A stretch of DNA of 63,199 nucleotides, counting the filler, from Choristocarpus tenellus KU-1152 (Eukaryota > Protista > Phaeophyceae), in the NCBI GenBank assembly GCA_964200185.2. It is 11 parts of 11 records of this genome, joined end to end, with 100 filler letters (N's around TTAATTAATTAA, not from the genome) between each part and the next. Parts side by side here need not be neighbours in the genome. Positions count along the whole stretch, not along the records: positions 30,750 to 42,852 come from CAXNAD020001974.1; positions 42,953 to 51,717 come from CAXNAD020004349.1; positions 51,818 to 55,132 come from CAXNAD020020867.1; 8 more parts are not named here. One strand, 5' to 3'. Position numbers and translations under genes: made by a program. Positions 40,766-54,200 of the stretch are shown here, in pieces. The notes beneath the pieces are model-generated. The model made no database searches. It had not been told where the DNA came from and was given only the letters and a program-made list of their open reading frames with translations. The first letter of the stretch is position 1, and each line of letters starts with the position of its first letter.

Positions 40766-42852
40766 TAAATTGGTTGTTCAGATGATGCGTTTGATTGAGT
40801 TTGGAACGAACACCTGCCATATGGAAGCACAGTGCAACTTTTGCTTGAATGTTTTTTGCACAATGAGCTGCACAGGCGTTACACTAGATTTTGCACTGTT
40901 GGGGCGATCATGATCTCTTCAGTAAACCTTTGAAATGACCAAATACCGAATTCACGACGTTGGTCAAGGCAGAGACAAGTACACTAGACCGTGAGACATG
41001 TTCATGGTGTTTTCAGTGGAGGTGTAATTGAAGGGAGATGAGATGTAGCAATTATGGAGGGGTGTAGGAGATTAATTCAGCAAGGAGTTCAAGGCAGGTT
41101 CAAAGAGGCGACTCTTGCTCTGACCATACACGATAATCGCACAGCTGATAAATCTCTGACAAATATCAGACATTTGAGAGTGAGGGATGTTTTTTTGAGG
41201 ATGGCGAAGACGGGTTGAGATCAGTAGAAGTATCCACTGAGTCCATCTGCAAGAAACTGGGAATGTTTCTATTCATATGTGGTAGAGCATGAGCTTGGAT
41301 GGGAGGAGTGAGTGTTGTAGTTATCGTCTGGTTGAGTTAGGATCACATTGGTGAGTGGTTTTGTCCTGTGTGTCTGGAGGGTAGAGAGGTCTGTTTGAAT
41401 TCTTCATTGCAGTGATATTTCCCTTTTTTGAATGTTGAATTGCCATCAAAGTATCGTACAGATAGTTGTTGCTTAGAGCTGTAAGGATTACCTACCTTTA
41501 TAAAATAGCACGTTAGGATAAAGAAATATTTTTTGCTAGCTCACAATACGGAGTGCTATAGGATGATGCCTCTGTGTACGAGTGGTGAACATGCAGTTCT
41601 GCTAGAAAGATCTTTGTGGTTGGATGGTTTATTTGAAGTGGTCGAGTGGTGAGCAAAAGGATTAGTTGTAAGGAGTTCAATTTATCTTTTATTGTTAGGG
41701 TGTATTGCTTTCTTAATGAGCACACAGTAAATACATTCATTGTAGAAATACACACGGTAAATCACTCATCAACATTGTGCATTAGACCGATCCAGGGCAA
41801 GCAGGGTGAAGGATGTGATGCTTTCTATCTCCAGAAAGGATCACGTCAATTTACACCTTGGGGATCTCCCCCCCACTATTTCCATACCAATACACTCTGC
41901 CAAAGTCTACAAAAATGTAAATACAACAATACAGACATAAAAGACTTGAAGGGCAGACATAAGGTTAAAGTTGAAATAAATAAATAAAAATATGTAAATT
42001 GGTTGTTTGGATGATGCGTATGATTGAGTTTGGAACAAACACCTGCCACTTGGAAGCACAGTGCAACTTTTGCTTGAATGTTTTTGGCACAATGACCTGC
42101 ACAGGCGTTACACAAGATTTTGCACTTTTGGGGGGATCATCATCTCTTCGGTAAACCTTTGAAATGACCAAATACCGGATTCACAATGTTGGTCAAGGCA
42201 GAGTCAAGTACACTAGACCGTGAGACATGTTCATGGTGTTTTCAGTGGAGGTGTAAGTAAAGGGAGATGAGATGTAGTAGATTAAAACAGCAAGGAGTTC
42301 AAGGCAGGTTCAAAGAGGCGACTCTTGCTCTGACCATACACGATGATCGTCACAGCTGGTAGATGTCTGATATTTGAGAGTGATGGATGTTTTTTTGAGG
42401 ATGTGGAAGATGGGTTGAGATCAGTAGAAGTATCCACTGTGTCCATCGGCAAGAAACTGGGAAGGTTTCTATTCATTTGCGGTAGAGTATGTGCTTGGAT
42501 GGGAGGAGTGAGTGTTGTAGTTACCGTCTAGTTGAGTTAGGATCACATTGGTGAGTGGTTTTGTCTTGTGTGTCTGGAGGGTAGAGAGGTCTGTTTGAAT
42601 TCTTCATTGCAGTAATGTTTCCTTTTCTTGAATGTTGAATTGCCATCAAAGTGTCGTACAGTTAGTTGTTTAGTGCTGTAAGGATTACCTACCTTGATAA
42701 AATAGCACTTTAGGATCAAGACATTATTTTTTCTAGCTCACAATACGGAGTGCTATAGGATGCCTCTGAGTACGGGTGGTGAACATGCCGTTCTGCTAGA
42801 AAGATCTTCGTGGTTGGATGGTTTATTTGAAGTGGTTGAGTAGTAAGCAAAA
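40766..42852. repeat. ~870-bp diverged direct duplication (40766-41658 and 41995-42852)
   Basis: Colinear similarity with scattered substitutions and small indels; the second copy is cut by the contig end. Confidence 0.9.
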
Positions 42853-43330
42853 NNNNNNNNNNNNNNNNNNNNNNNNNNNNNNNNNNNNNNNNNNNNTTAA
42901 TTAATTAANNNNNNNNNNNNNNNNNNNNNNNNNNNNNNNNNNNNNNNNNNNNCCCCCCGACCACCCCTTCCCCACTCCTTTCTCACCCCCCCCCCCCCCC
43001 CCCCCCCCCCCCACTCACTCCATTACTATAGGACCTAATGAATACAAGAACAAAAGGAACAGTATTATTGACATTGACATTGACATCCAAAAGCCGTTTG
43101 TCCTCTTCTGCAGGGGACTTTAATCCTCTGGAGTTTACACCCCAGAGGTGTGTCTTTTACTTCAATGGAGAGGATAGTTAGTTTAAAGCAGCAATGACCC
43201 CCCACTCCAACTGCTCGTCCAAAAAAAAAGAAGATAAATCATCAGTGTCATACCTGTACAAGCACTTACCGCCTCAGCCAAAAAAAATAGTAGAAACTCA
43301 ATCGGCAAAGAACATTAATAATTATTATTA

Positions 43331-43510
43331 CAACTACTACTGTTTGTATATGTCAACTATATTAATAATGTTACTAGTAGTAGTATTACAACTACTACTG
43401 CTTGTATATGTCAACTATATTAATAATGTTACTAGTAGTAGTATTACAACTACTACTGCTTGTATATGTCAAGAATATTAATAATGTTATTAGTGGTAGT
43501 AGTATTACAA
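43331..43510. repeat. 58-bp AT-rich tandem repeat, ~3 copies
   Basis: CAACTACTACTG at 43331, 43389 and 43447. Confidence 0.88.
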
Positions 43511-43689
43511 CTCACAATCATAAATTAGTAGATTCCCATCTTCAGAAAATATTTGAGTTCCAACTGGAACTTCTAAGATTATAGGAGACTGAGATTTACC
43601 TGTCCTGCCTGTTACAGCCTTCTCCATTTTCTCCTCTTTGTGCTTTGAAGTGCTTTTTATAGCGAAATCGATGCAAGGTATTGAGGTAG

Positions 43690-44180
43690 GAATTACTACA
43701 AAATATCATATTACTACAAAATATTATGTTACTACGAAATATCATATTACTACAAAATATAATAATACTACAAAGTATAATATTACTACGAAATATAATA
43801 ATACTACAAAGTATAATAATACTACAGAGTATAATATTACTACAAAATATAATAATACTACAAAGTATAATATTACTACAAAATATGATATTACTACAAA
43901 ATATAATAATACTACAAAGTATAATATTACTACGAAATATCATATTACTACAAAATATAATAATACTACAAAGTATAATATTACTACGAAATATCATATT
44001 ACTACAAAATATAATAATACTACAGAGTATAATATTACTACAAAATATAATAATACTACAAAGTATAATATTACTACAAAATATAGTATTGCAAAATGTA
44101 ATAATACTGCAAAGTATAATATTACTACAAAATAAAATATTACTACAAAACATGACAGTACTACAAAATATAATATTAAC
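43690..44180. repeat. 18-bp AT-rich minisatellite (ATAATATTACTACAAAAT variants), ~27 units
   Basis: Visible 18-bp periodicity; produces spurious periodic ORFs. Confidence 0.95.
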
Positions 44181-44400
44181 CCCTTTACCTCCATCCCCCC
44201 ATTCAGTCCTCCTTGTTCAACATATTTTTCTCTCCTAAAACGTACTGCTCCAGCATTTGTTCTGAGGGCTCCTAAGCCCAACGAGAAGAGGGGAGAAAAG
44301 TCCTGGTCCAGAGTTCACAAGGCCATTAACCGCCACAATCATCACAGTGAAGACGTACCCTACTAGTGGCACCAAGTGGCCTTTGCGGGTATGTCCTCAC

Positions 44401-44991
44401 CTCCTCACAGCGTCCTCGCCCTTGGCCTTGGCATCCAGAACCCCAAACGTGTTGAGGATGGAGAATGGCAATTTATCGCGTCTTTCCACACCAACTGATG
44501 ATAACAGCACAAACCTCTTCAGCACCCCACCCCTGCAGGAGTAAGGAGGAAACCAAGGCGAAGGGTGTTGAGGATGGAGAATTGAGGCTATCCACACAGA
44601 CTGTACTCCTCCGAAAGTAGTACCATGATTGTATGTAGAACTGCTAATGCTTGCAACGAACTAGCCCCTACTGTGTTAAAACTGATGTTGTAGTACTACA
44701 AATTAGACAGGTGGTTCTTGGCGGAACAATCCATGGCAGGCGGAGACACACACACACACACACAGGTTAACCCTAACCCTAGCCAGGGTCTGATATATAT
44801 ATATATATTATTGTTATTGAAAGAATACTTTCATAGACTAGTCTAAACTGGCCTGTGTTCAGAAAGATAGCACAGTAAGAGAGGGGGGGGGGGGGGGGGG
44901 GGGGGGGTATTGTTTGTTGCGAAGGAGAAAAGGNNNNNNNNNNAGAGTGACGAGAAGAGAAAGGGGTGAGGAAAAGAAAAGAAAAAGAAGG

Positions 44992-45022
<31 letters not shown>

Positions 45023-45280
45023 TGAGATGCTATGTAGACAAGGAGAAAAGGCATGCGAAAAAATCAGCAAATGAAATCAGCAATAACAAAAATTGGAGTG
45101 CGATCATGTCTACAGATAGGGATAGGAACGGAGATGGGTAGGGCCATGGCGCGGCTACTCTGCACTTGTACAGTGGTATGATATTTTATTATACTGTATG
45201 ATATTGTATCATTTTATATCATATTTTATCGTATCATATTGTATTTTGCTCACAAGAGCGCAGGAGCAAGATGAGATGCA

Positions 45281-45328
<48 letters not shown>

Positions 45329-45500
45329 ATTACTCAGCATTCCATGAAAAAGAAAAATGGATGACCTAATGCACCTCACCACATGTCCCAACAGCTTTCA
45401 AAACACATGCTCAAGAGGTACAGCCAACAAACAGCGTGTCTATATCGTGGTTCAGAATCAAATGGAGCGTCACTATAGCATCCTGCTCATGTTCAATGCA

Positions 45501-45548
<48 letters not shown>

Positions 45549-47798
45549 ACTCAGATGCGACCTCAAGCATTGTCTGCACAGCCTGGTTGTCCACGGCATC
45601 AGGCGTGTTTCCCCCTCGCCAGCGATTAGTTGGGAACGCTGTCGTGCCTGTGCAGGCCACCACACAGGATGCATCCTGCCAGTGGTGAAGTATATCATGC
45701 ATTGATAGCAAGATCGGGGTTAGCTTCAGTTTGAGAGGGGGAAATGTATGCCACATTGAGCCTGTGGGGTGCATTAGGCTCATTCTCCCGCTCTGCCTAG
45801 GACTGACCCAGAGAGCAATGGCTATCTTCAATACAAAGAAATCCCAGGACACAGGCCGAGTCCTTAGGGTTAGGGTTAGGGTTGTGGTCTCAAATGTTCA
45901 CAGCGAGAAACTGTCAATTGCTGACCAATCGAAGCGAACTTGTGTCAGTAAATGCTTCTACATCAGTCCAACGCGGTCCGCCCTCAGTGATCTCATGATC
46001 GGCTTAGTCCCTGGTAATTCAACGCTAGAGTTGAAGGTACATTCTGCTCAAGACAGGTAGAGGTGCTACTTGAAAAAGAGCCAGAGTGGAGACAAGTGTC
46101 TGTTGGGAAAGAACAGAACGGGTAACACGCTGAATATCTTTGCAAGTGAGCAACGGTGAGTAGAAGTGGGAACCCATGCATTTACTGAGATGGGATGAGA
46201 CAAGATCACCAACCCCCCTCAATATCCTCTTACTGCTTCTAAGCACTTCAATTTCGAAGCACGTGCTCTGTTTGAATTTTCAAGGAGTGCATACTCAAGA
46301 TCCTTTAGTAGGTACCTCAACAGGGGGAAACAAATAGCACATCAAAAAAGGCTGGTCTGGGCGTATGTTGTTTACGTTTGGAGTGCTCAGGTAGTACCAA
46401 ATACAGTTTCTCACGCAACCTTTTGATGTCGTTGCCTTGCCTTGCGGATGAACTCTACACAAAACCTGCTTGGCCTCTTGCTTACGCTTTGCTCTACTGA
46501 CAAGAACAGGTATGCCACCAGCTCTCCTTGCACAAATCACAGTGAATTGACCTATAGAAAAGGAAACACAACACTTTGTGCTCCGCAAGAGGTGATTCCA
46601 GCCTCTTGCTAGATTGCAGTCATTGGGTAATCCTGAGGACCAGCACACACTGCTCTTGCTGGAGATACGTAAGAAGTACGCCATTACCACATTGCACAGT
46701 GGAGAGTAGAACACTCAAGGCACCGTGACACCACCCTATGGTGTATTCAAAACCGGAACTTGTACAGTATCAAAATTTGTCGAGTAGTCTTGCACCCTAC
46801 TATACTGCTGAAGTCGAGTCTGGTGCTCACTCAATCAAGCAAATAGTCGGACGCTCTGTGGCTTAGATGCTCTTGCAAAGGTTCACCTGCTGATTGCGGA
46901 TTGGTAAATGCCTGGACAATCTCCATTGCCGAGAAAACACAAGCCTGATAATCCAAGGGGATTCTTATGGACTTAATGGTAAAGGGCTGAATGGTAGTAG
47001 TTATCGATGCTTCCAATGCTTCGACATTGGAACAACAGTAGTAGCACCAGCAGCGCCTGGTAAACGCTGTATGGGAGATCACCTTCATCGCAACATTCAA
47101 GCTTTCCTTCTCCATAATGTTTCCAGTTACCAGCTCTAGGCCTTCGATCTCTCCCAGCACCTCCTTAGCCTTCTCCAGGCTGCGTACAACACCCCTGACC
47201 TTGTAGAGGCCCGTATCAGCAAGGCTGTCGAAGATTGCAATTCGTACGTACGGGGGTAGGACAGGTCACGTGAATCGGTGATGCTCGTGACGGCATGACC
47301 CTAATATGTTGTTGCAATGCAAAGGTTCAATTATCAGCGTCATACTTTGCAATGAATACTTCAACATGTACATTTCACGGCAACCTGATGCACCTCTGTG
47401 TAACAAGTCGCCCAACTCCTCCCGCGGCGCCAATTACCACCACAGTATCGCCTTCACGAACGGGCTCAGCTCCTTTCATGCTCATGAAATGGCTTCCGCC
47501 AGTGCGCAAATTCCTATCCAGCCCGTGTTGCCGACCTATGGGTCCCTCCTGGCGCTTGTTGGGTAGGATTATCGAAAGACAAGATATTCATGTTTGGTAT
47601 TCACAAAAACCCGATTCGAATTTCCGAATTTTAGTGCGAAAACCACATTCTTGAGGATCTCGCTATAATCTACAATGCGGTAGAAGAGGTACTCACCCGG
47701 GCCGCATTGAATACGAAACGACCTTTCGCAACATTCTGCGGTACTGTGAAAGCATTGACCGAGGCTGCCGCTACAAAACCAAGGCTGATCCACTTCAT
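44401..47798 (-). CDS. Plastid-targeted NAD(P)-binding Rossmann protein (atypical SDR, NAD_binding_10 type); 3' exons missing
   Basis: Exons 47798-47697, 47554-47394, 47224-47083, 45675-45551 and 44532-44401 splice in frame: MKWISLGFVAAASVNA|F..., VVVIGAAGGVGRLV, ACTGTTAFPTNRWRGGNTPDAVD, LKRFVLLSSVGVERRDKLPFSILNTFGVLDAKAKGED. Confidence 0.9.
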
Positions 47799-48277
47799 GC
47801 TGCTCAAATTCCTACGGATAAAGAATGCACAAGCAAAGTAGAAACCGAGGGTGGGTTACGACTCAGTCGCGAGATAAGCTTGAAACTCAATTTGAGTGAG
47901 GCACGTAGTCAGGACTCTCTCATTGGTGATTTTGACAGTTCAACCACGTTGCAAAATTCAATAGCCTTGGAAAGGCGTGCTATTGATATTTTTCAAATCT
48001 TGGGTATGTGACATTAGGGTTTGTAGAAGGATGGTCAGCTATGTGACGAGAGCAGGGGCATTAGAGGTCTTTGCCGTATTGATGATATCTTCCTTACGTC
48101 CCTGTGCGGTGATCATTTCCGTTCTGCCATTTCCAATTTGACTAGTTTGACTTGAGATAGTTCTCTCACTAACTAGGCTTCTGGGAATACACACAAGCCA
48201 GAGTTCAGACTTCTTCGGTTCAGGTTCTCATCCTGCAAAAACTGGGAGAGTTGGATCGCACTAGCCAGAAATAAAGG

Positions 48278-51202
48278 ATGGAAAAATTTGTCGTCAGAGG
48301 AAGTAAGAGTACTACTGTGGAAAGAAAGCCTACCCTAAGAGGAACGGCCGAGCAAAACGCCTGCGAACAGAATGGTCGCCCTTCTCCTACAACCAGTTGT
48401 GCGCCCAAAAGGCCAAAGCCAGGATCAAGACTTTCGGTTCTCCTCAATGCCCCGCCGTTGGCTTCTCCTCGGGGAGGGCAGAAGCCTCGTAAGCTTCAGA
48501 AACGACAGTCACATGGACTTTCGAGCCTTCCTCGGACATCGTCACAGGCACTAGAACTGGTCACAACCCCCACCCGGTCTCCCCTCTTAGACGTCTCCCT
48601 TGCTTCACAGAGTCATGAAAACCCGCCCCCACTCCCAAATGTTATGTTGCGCCCGGACTTACAGGCCCAGCATCTCGCAGAGGTCGTGGGCACAACCAAG
48701 ATGCGGGCGGTATCTGCCCTTGCTCGTTGCTCGGGCGACCTTGACCGGGCTGCTGTCCTGCTGATGGGGGGATCGATTCACACCACGAAACCCTCGTGTT
48801 CTTCCACTACACGAAGTATCTCGAAAACTTTAGAGTTGGGTAGTGGTAGATCGAGTAAATCTAATCATTTGGAGAGGGGCGCGGCTTCGACCATGATGAG
48901 GGAAAAGGCTCACCAATGCGATGCAGAGTCCACCTCTACAAGTTCCAGTAGGCCACAGGTTGCCCGGGCATCGGTGATGACTTCTTTCTTCCCACGAAGA
49001 GATACTGCTCGGAGAAAAATTGCAAAGAAGTCACGTCATCTGATGAATGCTACCGTAGAGCACAAGGATGTCAGCGACTCAGATGAACCTGAACTCAGTC
49101 TGGATACCCCTGAATGTGAAGACAGTCAAACTTTGTGCGATGAAACGGAAAATCGCCCTATGGTTGCTCGGGACAATAATCTTCAGACTGGTCAAAGGGT
49201 TGCCAGCCTCTGCTCTGAGGAAGAGGATGATGAGACAACCTCTGATCATGGAGATGGAAGTGGACCCCAAGAACTTTTGCCAGGCCAGCAGCTGCAACTA
49301 GTGCAGAGACCGGGACGGAGGCTGGGGGGTATGTCAGCCCTCCCGCTAATAGAACAGAGAGCAACGGGTGGGAGGGGGAGGGGAGTGCGTTGGGGTGGTT
49401 TTGAGCGTCTTGCACAGCGCCACCTACTTGGGACAGGGCTAAGAGAGCTTCCTGTGAGGCTTGGAAGAGTGGAAGGGGGCAGGATTGGGGCTGGAGTCCA
49501 ACGTGGGGCTCCCTTTGGGACTTCTGCAAGGGGGGTCGGGGTGGGAAGGGCGACTGCAGTGAGCTGCCTTAGGTTTGACCCAGATGGTATACTGCTTGCA
49601 GTGGGGGACTCTGGAGGGGTGGCAGTGTATGATTTCGATGAGTACCTGCCACAGGTGCGAGTTTTGGGGGAGGGGGAAAGAGGATGAGCTTAGTGTGGGC
49701 GGATGATTGATCTTGCCTATTTGGGGGGGACCAGAAGAGGATGACAGTGATTTGTAAGTTCAAGCACAAGCACTCACACTTTTTGGGTCGCAGCTTGTTG
49801 CAAAAGCAGTTCCCAGTCTAAGTCAAAATGACTAACTAGGCGGGATCATGTTACCCCCAAAATCAGGGACAAGGGGGCAACAATGGCTGATGTGCAGATT
49901 ACATGTGCCACAGACTCTAGTGATATGTTCCCTCTAATATATGTCCTTGGTGTCTTCGATAAACATGCTCAATCAACGAAAAGGGTTCCATGAGTTAGAA
50001 TCTGAAGGCAGTCACACACAATCTTAACCTCTGACTGCCTGCCCAATCCCATTTATGACTGCTACCCTCCCTTTGTTGTTTTCTGCCTTGACCCATTGTC
50101 GGTGGTGCCCTTGGAAAGGCTGGTTTGGCCATTGAATCCTCAAACCTTGACTCTGGTGGGGAGGGGACCGCTGCTGGAGGGACTGACAATGCTCAACCTG
50201 TTGGAGGATTCCTTCAGCCTTACAAATACATCAACACTATGAGGAGGGCAGTGGCCAGTGTGAGGTGGAACCCGATGAATGAAGACCAGGCAAGAACGCA
50301 TGAGGCCCCTTCATGAGATGGTCGGACATAAGCGCAAATATTTTATGCTTTCAAGAAAGAGCCGGCACAAGGATTTTTTTTTTTCTTAAATATTCGCAAC
50401 GACGTACGTGTACTGGATTATGTTGTAGAAAAGGCGTTTTAAAAAGGTTGGTACAAAACATTTGAAGACCAGAGCAGGAGACGAATTGCATTCTTTTTGT
50501 CCTTGGGCCAATCATGTCAAGACTAGCCTCGAATGAAAGCTGGCTGACTGGCAGATCCCTCTATGGTGCCCTTTCTTGATCTCCAGCTTCCCATGTCACT
50601 GTGTGCACAGCTTAGTGAGCCACAATACTCCATGGTACAGTAGCATCAACCCAGAGGTGATAGAATAATGAACGAATGCTTTGCAAGATGGGAATAAAGC
50701 ACCTCGAGGGTTCACTTTTTGTTGCCCTATCATTAAGGGGGGAGGGTTGTGAACTCTTTCTGTCCTCTTAAACTTCACCTCAACGTAATTCAGTACACCT
50801 TCTCGGTTGCATTACACCAATATCGATGATTATAATATAAGATTTTCAGGTTTCAAGGAGGAGATCCAGCCCCTTTCGCCTCAAAATCACCCCCCCACCC
50901 CTGCATTTCCTCTTCTATGACAAACGCATGCTTTGGTTGGAAAGGTTGGAGTGAGCTTCAGGCACTGGGATGAGATCAAAATATTTGATCTCAATAATAT
51001 AACTCCGAATGTCGAAGCCAGGCCAGCCATTACCCTCAGCAGTGGGGGAGAGCGGAGGGGCAATCAGTCTGGAAACCATGGGAAAGGCAATTTGACGTTT
51101 GAGTTCTTTACACGGGGTGGAGCTGTGCTCGTAGTGGCTGGGGGCACAGCCGGGATGCTTCGTGTGTGGCGCCTGGACCAACCAGGAAGGCCTTGGCTGC
51201 AG
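48278..51202 (+). CDS. WD40-repeat protein with long disordered N-terminus and UBA-like segment (3' partial)
   Basis: Exons 48278-49654, 50119-50289 (GC donor) and 50945-51202. WD-like blades: AVSCLRFDPDGILLAVGDSGGVAVYD, AVASVRWNPMNEDQVGVSF...IKIFD, VVAGGTAGMLRVWR. Confidence 0.8.
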
Positions 51203-54200
51203 GTGATCGATAGGAGTAGAGAGAGGAAGAAGAGGTTAGTCTGTTGTTGGGGATGAAAAAAGTACTTGTGAGTAGTAGTCCGGGTTGCTTAGTGCCAAAA
51301 AAAAAAAGAACTCGAGAGCGCGTTTGCTTAGTCTGCTTGTTTTGGTAGTTTATGCCCAAGAGTATGGTAAAGAAAATATGGCCCGTTTGTGCCGCATTGG
51401 TGCTGAAATATGCTCAGAAGTAAAATTTGCTCTTCTCGCTAAGTACATGCCAGACACATCGGCAAGGCTCGTGTATGAGAGCACCCTGTCGTTGTGGGGA
51501 GTCATGAGAACACACCGGAGTGGTATTGTTTTCCAGTGAAATTCTTTACAGACAACTGACGCTTTCCGTAATTGCGCTCCTCTCCCCTTTTTGCTCCCTC
51601 GTCGCTTGTTCCTTGCATGTCATCCCGTCCATGCCGAAACTTTTGATGACTTTCCTCTGGGCAGTGTTCATTGGGGAACAATCCGAGCAGGGGGGGGCTG
51701 AGGACTACATACGCAACNNNNNNNNNNNNNNNNNNNNNNNNNNNNNNNNNNNNNNNNNNNNTTAATTAATTAANNNNNNNNNNNNNNNNNNNNNNNNNNN
51801 NNNNNNNNNNNNNNNNNTGTTTGACCGAAACGGACGCCCCCTCACAAACCACCCCCCCCCCCAGATACTTTGACCCTTACTCTTTGCAGGGAGTCATGTG
51901 AGTTTAGGAACTTTGGGGAAGGTGGAAGAAACCAAGCGACCCAGGTTCTTTCAACATAAAACATTAACGTGAACCAGTTATATGAACATTAGTTCAGGAC
52001 ACCCATACATAACCAAAGTCAAGGAATTCTCAAGAATGATTTTCTCTTGTTCACAATTTCAACTAATCGCCGAAACATGTAGCATATGGGCGTAATCGAG
52101 AGTCATCATTGCACAGACTTGGGATATTTTAAGCAGTCGCACTTCTTGTACTAACAAGAAGACCCGCTACAATGGCAGAAAACACTTTGAATCTGTTATA
52201 CTTGCATTTGCCACGTACCTCGACTATTTGCGTGAGTCGGATGGTGAGAGCCAGGTCACTGAGGGCGAAGAGATTGCCACCTACAAGTGAAAGGAACTTG
52301 AGCAGGAAGATTAATGGCTTAGTCTCAACAGTGGACCAACAGTTCATGACCATGACGGACAATATGGCCGTGGTAAATGTGAAGCACAGTCCACTGTTGT
52401 GCGCAGACATATGAAGGGGCATGGAAGGGAGCAGATGAAAACGAACAAGTGAGACTTAGCATGCAATAGGTGATTGTTTTACGATGTGGAAAAGGGGGCA
52501 GGACTATCTACCAACACACCAGCACCTTGCGCACTGCTCAACGGCTGAACGAGCAGTGTTCCCAAAACGACTAGATCAAGGGGTTTGCTGCTTCTACAGA
52601 CACAGGTCAACATAACCTCACAAGGACTAAGGTAATTGACTAAGAAGGTGCCCCAAAATGAGAGTAGCGAGAGGAGCAATATCGCGAACTGCGACACAAA
52701 CAGAAAGAGGGGCCCAGGGCATATTGTGGTGCAGACTCGAACGGGTCGCAAATCATTCGACATAATACCTAAACTATAATACGAACAAAAAACAACAGAG
52801 TCCAACGAGCAAGGTATTATGACAGGGGTTAGAATAAGGATGTCAATAACCTTGCCACATGGAGTACACGGGAAAAATACGACGCCAGGCACTTAGTTAC
52901 ACACCACACAGTAAAAAGGTCCTAGCTACGCTGGCAGTAATGTAGACAGAAGTTGAAGGGAATAACTAAGGGCACCTGAGCCAGTGGATGAACAGAAGCA
53001 GCTTCCGTCTGATTCTCGAAAAGTCCATCCACGCTGACACAGCACTCCAAGTTAATACTAAAGTTAAAAGGCGCATGAGGTTGACTATCTCTTCTCCCTT
53101 TTGCATTCCAAGATCATAGAAGTCAGGAGTGCATTCCGACATCGTCCTTGACAGTGACTTCTGTCGGGTTTGCATCATGGTGGGAAGGGTAAGGGGTGTT
53201 GAACAGACTTCCATCAACCGCCAACATGACATGACTCGTCGGGTTATGAAGTATTCCATCTGCCTTGGTCTTGGCTAAACTATGACTCCCAAACTTGCCA
53301 GGTTAGATTTCTAAAATATTAGCTGTCGTTCGTACAATACTGCGAGTACTTAGGGGTTGTTGACTGCATTTGACCTCTATATTAACGGTTATGAGTACTA
53401 GATCATTCCATAAACATACGTGGAACCCCCTCTCCAACTATCATTAGGTTTCCACTCAAATTAAATCGCAGTTCTACCTTGCTTGGGCTTGGTTGGTTGT
53501 TGGTCGTGTTGTACAAGGAATGTTAGTTGTTCAATTGGAGTCCAGAAGAGATGATCTGAACCTTTTTGGACAAGAACGGAGACTACTGGGAAGGTCATAC
53601 ATAATTGATGCTCCTCCTCCAATCTCTATGTTCTTCCTACATTTCAATGATGGTCTACTCTTTAACTGTTAATTGTCAGAACTTGTCAACTTGGCTTTTT
53701 CATGCACCATACGAATACTAAAAAAGAGCTGAGGAATATATATATATATACTTCACAAAGATAAAGAACGAAGGATTTCTATACAAATACTAACAATGGG
53801 ATTATTATTTCTTCACCATTGTTTTTCTACCTGCTCTATGATGTGCAGTGAGACTACGTACAATTTGTTGTGAAAAATAGTTCTTTTTCTTACATCTTTT
53901 TTAAAAGCCTTAAATATTGAATGAGGGTGTTGTTGTGTTTGTGTTTGAACTGCTGTCTACAATTTTTACAGTATTGTTTCATTTAATACATAATATGCAT
54001 AAAATATTTTCGAACAAGGTTTTGTTGTGGGTGGAGATTGAACATCGATATCCCTTTCGTTATTTTTTGCGCGGACAGCAAGAAAGCGCGCGATGTAATA
54101 TCTGATGAGGGTGATGTTGTGTCTGTATCTTGACAGCTACGATTTTCTACAAATTGATTCTTGATACTTTTAATATATGTATATGGTGGATTGTTGAACA

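Noticed and set aside
43596-44281. Periodic ORFs (ITTKYN, CSNIIL repeats) as repeat proteins, or the array as a CRISPR
   Set aside because: These are translations of an 18-bp minisatellite, with no unique spacers and no cas genes.
52000-53300. Possible Copia gag/protease relic (DFYDLGMQKGEE)
   Set aside because: Too decayed; no diagnostic integrase or RT motif seen.
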